Shown here: piece by piece, positions 35,907 through 39,107 of the stretch | How positions within the stretch are numbered: position 1 is the first letter of the stretch | Layout: each line of letters starts with the position of its first letter | From: a virus | Taxonomy: Duplodnaviria; Caudoviricetes | DNA: 39,107 nt | Reading direction: 5' to 3' (one strand) | IMG/VR virus record: IMGVR_UViG_3300042923_000456 | Location: 1-39,107 of that record | Translations under genes and position numbers: made by a program | Notes under the pieces: model-generated | What the model was told of the DNA's origin: nothing | Database searches by the model: none | Seen by the model: the letters and a program-made list of their open reading frames with translations, nothing else

Positions 35907-35952
35907 CAATGCCACCTCCTTATATCATCCAATATAAAATCTCTCCTTTATA

Positions 35953-36090
35953 AATAAAAGAGCAGCTTATATGCCACTCTTAATTAATTCCAAATTAAAA
36001 TAGCTGGGCATCACTCCAGCTATCTCTTACTAAGGGGAACTGCTTTGACTCTATTAGAGGTTTGATGTGGTCTCTTTCGGAGTCATCTTA
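35953..36090 (-). promoter_or_regulatory. Structured late leader with two terminator-like hairpins
   Basis: TGACTC...GAGTCA stem, ATAGCTGG...CCAGCTAT and AAGAGTGGC...GCTGCTCTT hairpins between late promoter and terS. Confidence 0.55.
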
Positions 36091-36097
36091 TGTTATA

Positions 36098-36142
36098 AGT
36101 ATATCACGTATTTTCAATAGTTGACAGGCTATTCTATAGGCT
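36098..36142 (-). promoter_or_regulatory. Late promoter, probably activator-dependent
   Basis: TGaTATACT extended -10, no consensus -35, AGCCT direct repeats upstream. Confidence 0.55.
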
Positions 36143-36159
36143 CAATTTATATTTATATT

Positions 36160-36579
36160 TCATTCATTTTGGCTCCTTATTTTATTCTCTATTCTTCTTA
36201 CATGTCTATCGCCTATTCCTATTATCTCTGCCACCTTCTCTTGGGTTAATCCTATTGCTCTAAGCTGTCTTACTTTAATTGTTATGTCCGATATATTTTC
36301 TATACAATTATCTATTATATTTTTCTTTGTAGTCAAATCTTTTAATAGTTTCTTTTCTTCTTCCATAAGTGTCTTAAACATAATAGCTTTACACATTACT
36401 CTAGATGCATCTGGAAGGTCTTTTGAACCATGGGGCATGTCTGAGTATTGTTGTGCTGTAAGTTCTTTAGGTTTCCACCCGATTATTTTATCATTCCAAT
36501 AATTAAAACTTATCTCATGACTTTCCATAAGATTCTTATGTAGTTCTATCTCGTCTATTAGTTCTTTATATCCATTCAT
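36160..36579 (-). CDS. Late transcriptional activator (RinA/ArpU-like, C-terminal HTH)
   Basis: YSDMPHG motif, GLTQEKVAEIIGIGDRHVRRI; last gene before terS. Confidence 0.8.
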   Translation of the reverse strand: MNGYKELIDEIELHKNLMESHEISFNYWNDKIIGWKPKELTAQQYSDMPHGSKDLPDASRVMCKAIMFKTLMEEEKKLLKDLTTKKNIIDNCIENISDITIKVRQLRAIGLTQEKVAEIIGIGDRHVRRIENKIRSQNE

Positions 36580-36833
36580 ATCTCTTTGTAACCTCCACAT
36601 GTTTTACAATCGCCCTTACATCTTTTCTTGCAAGTTCTTCCGCAGTCGCAGCAAGCTTTTTCATAGCATTCAGTCTCCCAGTTATATATGCATACCCATT
36701 CAGTATTTTTTCTTTGTTTTACTTTTTCTTTTTTTCTTAACTCTTTTTCTTCCTGTCTACTACATTTACTGCTGACTTTAAATACGCACATAAACATTGC
36801 CGCTATTATTATGCAGATAAAGAGTATTAACAT
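36576..36833 (-). CDS. Membrane-anchored Cys-rich hypothetical protein
   Basis: N-terminal TM, Cys cluster. Confidence 0.65.
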   Translation of the reverse strand: MLILFICIIIAAMFMCVFKVSSKCSRQEEKELRKKEKVKQRKNTEWVCIYNWETECYEKACCDCGRTCKKRCKGDCKTCGGYKEI

Positions 36834-36845
36834 TTTAAAAACCTC

Positions 36846-36992
36846 CTAACTTTCACTTACTTTGATTGCTGCATCTAGCTCCTTTAATGCTTTTTCAGAA
36901 TCTTTTTTTACATTTAAACCGCCAGTTACTCTAACTATTTTTAATGAACTTCTGATAGTGTTAATTGTCTCTTGGTTGATTGTTATATTCAT
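36846..36992 (-). CDS. Hypothetical protein
   Basis: Start moved to ATG after GGAGG (MNITINQ...). Confidence 0.6.
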   Translation of the reverse strand: MNITINQETINTIRSSLKIVRVTGGLNVKKDSEKALKELDAAIKVSES

Positions 36993-36993
36993 C

Positions 36994-37488
36994 TTAGTAC
37001 CCCTCCAGTTGCCTTTTAAGATTCTTTTCATATTTCTTGTAATATTCAGCTTCCATTTCCTCAAGAGTGATTCCTAATGCAAACCCTAAACAAATTATTG
37101 CTATTAAAGGACTTCCCGTGCCTGTACATTCTTTATAGGCGTTTAAGAATGCTGCGTCTATATTATCAGTTTTATTCTCTGGTCTTTTCTCTACTTCACT
37201 CACTTTTTTCATAAATTCATTTAAATCTATCTTTGCTAATATTCCCTCATTATTTTCTAAACTTAAAGCAAAATGCAAGCAATCTGCGAACTCCTCAAGT
37301 ATTTTACTTCTATCAATCTTCTTATTTTTCTTCCAATACTTAAAATGTTTAACCTCGTTTGCCAACTCTCCAATTTCTACTAGCAGAGCATTCCAAACCT
37401 TTAAAACAGGATATTCTGTTATCCCATGATTCTTAAATATTATCTCGTCAAGCTTAGCTTGATCTATTAACATTTGTTTTAAATTCAT
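36994..37488 (-). CDS. dut: Dimeric (all-alpha) dUTPase
   Basis: Q..LD, ALLVEIGELANE...FKYW, LEEFADCLHFALS, Y..K...N..RQ..GY. Confidence 0.9.
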   Translation of the reverse strand: MNLKQMLIDQAKLDEIIFKNHGITEYPVLKVWNALLVEIGELANEVKHFKYWKKNKKIDRSKILEEFADCLHFALSLENNEGILAKIDLNEFMKKVSEVEKRPENKTDNIDAAFLNAYKECTGTGSPLIAIICLGFALGITLEEMEAEYYKKYEKNLKRQLEGY

Positions 37489-37493
37489 CAATA

Positions 37494-38087
37494 TCACTCC
37501 TTAATTTTTATAGGGTAAACCTTGTACATTTTTTCAAATTCTTTTAAACCTTTTAGCTTTGCTTCGTCATGGTGCTTGTTACAAAGAGATATTTTATCTT
37601 TACCAACTGTGTAAATTACTCCTGCATCTCCACAGCAGCAACATACACTTTTCTTTATTGTTATATATAGATACTTATTAATGTCATCTGTACGCTCTAT
37701 AATGCTCTCAGAGGGTGGTATTTGATTATCTATACAGAACTCTATCAAGTAAGATATAAACTCTCTAGCGACCTCTAGGCTGCAATTTGATAAGCTTATA
37801 TGTTCTATATCATTCTCAGTGCAATACATAAACTGTAATATGTCTCTTAAGTATTCGGGTTCATCCCCAGTGTAAAGAGAAATATCTCTGATAGTTGCAA
37901 ATATCTTCTTTCTTTGCTCTGCTGTTATTCTTCTGTCGTCGTCAAATCTTAACTCTCCAGTTATTGCACCTTTATTCAAATATTTCTTTATATCTTCTAC
38001 AGTAGCATCTAAGGCAATCTGTAGAATTATTTTCCCTTCTATTTCTTTCATGTTTATTACTTTTACAGATTGCCATAGTTGTTTCAT
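37494..38087 (-). CDS. DUF968 / putative HNHc nuclease family protein
   Basis: DDRRITAEQRKKIFATIRDI, SLSNCS..AREFI, CCCCG...LCNKHH. Confidence 0.78.
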   Translation of the reverse strand: MKQLWQSVKVINMKEIEGKIILQIALDATVEDIKKYLNKGAITGELRFDDDRRITAEQRKKIFATIRDISLYTGDEPEYLRDILQFMYCTENDIEHISLSNCSLEVAREFISYLIEFCIDNQIPPSESIIERTDDINKYLYITIKKSVCCCCGDAGVIYTVGKDKISLCNKHHDEAKLKGLKEFEKMYKVYPIKIKE

Positions 38088-38127
38088 ATATGCTCTCCTT
38101 AAGCCAGATTTTTCTTGCAAGTGCGTC

Positions 38128-38394
38128 TTAATCTATCATCCACATAAAATGTTCTATGGCTTTTATTTTCGCTTCATTTAAGCTACAATCTTTATAATAT
38201 GCTACTGGTGATTCAAGAAGCAACTTATCATCAATGCCATACTCTTTATGTCTTCTGATAGATAAATAAAATTTATAGCCTGTTTTATGGGGTTTTAAAT
38301 ACAATCTAAATCCATTAAAATAATCAGATAAGATTCTTTTTTCATTGTTTCTACTATCATAATGCCATACATTATATACAAACTCTTGTTCCAA
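38128..38394 (-). CDS. Hypothetical protein
   Basis: ORF in early operon. Confidence 0.65.
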   Translation of the reverse strand: MEQEFVYNVWHYDSRNNEKRILSDYFNGFRLYLKPHKTGYKFYLSIRRHKEYGIDDKLLLESPVAYYKDCSLNEAKIKAIEHFMWMID

Positions 38395-38409
38395 ACTCTC
38401 ACCAACTTT

Positions 38410-38883
38410 CTAATTCGTAATGTGTTTATATGCAGAGCATATTTTCGGACAAGTTTTAAGTTGACATTCATATTGCGCTAATATTTGTCCATAGGGTTCA
38501 TGACCTTCTTTATACTCTCTCTTGATAAGCTTAATATCCTTACCCATGTGACAAGGCTTTGTACATGCTGTCCTTATCTTTTCAGATTCATCTTCATATA
38601 CTTCTAATCTAGCTCTTACCTCACAAAATCCTACACAAGCCCAATACATTATACTTAATAGCGAATCATCATCCATTAGTTCTCCAAAGTTCTCAGCAGT
38701 CCAAGTATCATCTAAAGAATCATCATATAGCCTGTTGTATTCTTTTTTACAATATTCCACTAAGCTTATGTCCTCTTGATTTTCTCCAAGTCCTCTTAAA
38801 TAAACCTCATTATTTTTACCAAAAACCATGTTTAGCATGTTCTCTGTCATTCCTTTAGGCTTGTTAGTAGTTAATCTTTTCAT
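38410..38883 (-). CDS. Hypothetical protein
   Basis: MKRLT...RLEVYED pattern common in Bacillota phage accessory genes. Confidence 0.7.
   Translation of the reverse strand: MKRLTTNKPKGMTENMLNMVFGKNNEVYLRGLGENQEDISLVEYCKKEYNRLYDDSLDDTWTAENFGELMDDDSLLSIMYWACVGFCEVRARLEVYEDESEKIRTACTKPCHMGKDIKLIKREYKEGHEPYGQILAQYECQLKTCPKICSAYKHITN
38414..38437. other. Degenerate dif-like site F
   Basis: TTCGTAATG-tgttta-TATGCAGAG at the 3' end of 38410..38883; one arm good, one weak. Confidence 0.4.
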
Positions 38884-38911
38884 AAATTTCTATCTCCCTT
38901 TAAATCAAATT

Positions 38912-39079
38912 TTACTCTTCGTACATTGTATTTAACTTGCAGCATTTACATCTTTTTAAAGGTTCTTCTCTATTCTCAGCATCATATCCCTCGCATTTTC
39001 CTTCATACTGGTTTGGCATTCCTACCCCTAATGCAATAGCTTCTTTTATCACATTGCAATTTTCTAAAGTCTTTTTCAC
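38912..39079 (-). CDS. Cys-rich hypothetical protein, 55 aa (crosses the circular junction)
   Basis: GTG start after AAGGAG; MKKTLENC...GKCEGY...CKCCKLN. Confidence 0.65.
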   Translation of the reverse strand: MKKTLENCNVIKEAIALGVGMPNQYEGKCEGYDAENREEPLKRCKCCKLNTMYEE

Positions 39080-39107
39080 TACTATCACTCCTTCGCAATA
39101 ATTAGCT
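38981..39107 (+). repeat. 127-bp exact terminal overlap (copy 2), assembly circularisation signature
   Basis: Identical to 1..127; length equals a common assembler k-mer. Confidence 0.95.

Larger units (their letters stand above)
1..39107. mobile_element. Complete temperate podovirus-like phage genome, circular form, probable Clostridia host
   Basis: Full set of packaging, head, short-tail, lysis, lysogeny and replication genes; no host genes; ends overlap exactly. Confidence 0.93.

Noticed and set aside
17142-37077. Numerous + strand ORFs in the ORF track opposite structural genes (also 852, 2689, 5507, 7740, 13598, 14939, and - strand ORFs inside the integrase)
   Set aside because: Antisense shadows of real genes: no SDs, Ser/Leu/Phe-rich composition, fully overlapping well-supported CDSs.
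38918-38941. Further members of the 9-6-9 palindrome family (also half-matches near 11346, 16429, 21162, 38122, 38471)
   Set aside because: Only one arm matches in each case, as expected by chance in AT-rich DNA.
38981-39107. 127-bp terminal repeat as a biological direct terminal repeat
   Set aside because: It cuts through an ORF and matches a standard assembler k-mer length, so it is best explained as circular-contig overlap.
1-39107. Diversity-generating retroelement, retron or invertible tail-fibre shufflon
   Set aside because: No reverse transcriptase motif, no TR/VR pair differing at adenines, and no inverted fibre cassettes or invertase seen.
1-39107. CRISPR array, tRNA genes or stop-codon reassignment
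   Set aside because: No regularly spaced repeats or cloverleaf with T-loop found by eye; core genes are full length in the standard code and all three stops are used.

Overview
The window is a complete, circularly assembled genome (38,980 bp plus a 127-bp end overlap) of an AT-rich temperate phage. The Shine-Dalgarno style and gene content point to a Clostridia/Bacillota host. It has a podovirus-type virion module (terminase, portal, scaffold, coat, adaptor, nozzle, fibres/spike, two ejection proteins, no tape measure) and a lysis cassette. A lysogeny module on the + strand comprises a CI repressor, an ImmA-like protease, a large serine integrase and a probable intact attP. Replication genes include an initiator with iterons, a DnaC-like loader and a Sak-like recombinase. 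The most notable unannotated signals are: (1) six dif-like 9-6-9 palindromes that bracket accessory gene pairs and the receptor-binding part of the spike, one in frame within the spike gene, although the phage encodes no recognisable tyrosine recombinase; (2) a canonical Xer/dif-like core next to ARG-box-like repeats (cer-like) after terL; (3) two Mu-Com-like zinc-ribbon genes, each linked to a repeat-plus-terminator attenuator; (4) a P22 immI-like RHH/antisense-RNA/antirepressor island. All family assignments come from reading motifs by eye and from synteny, not from database searches.
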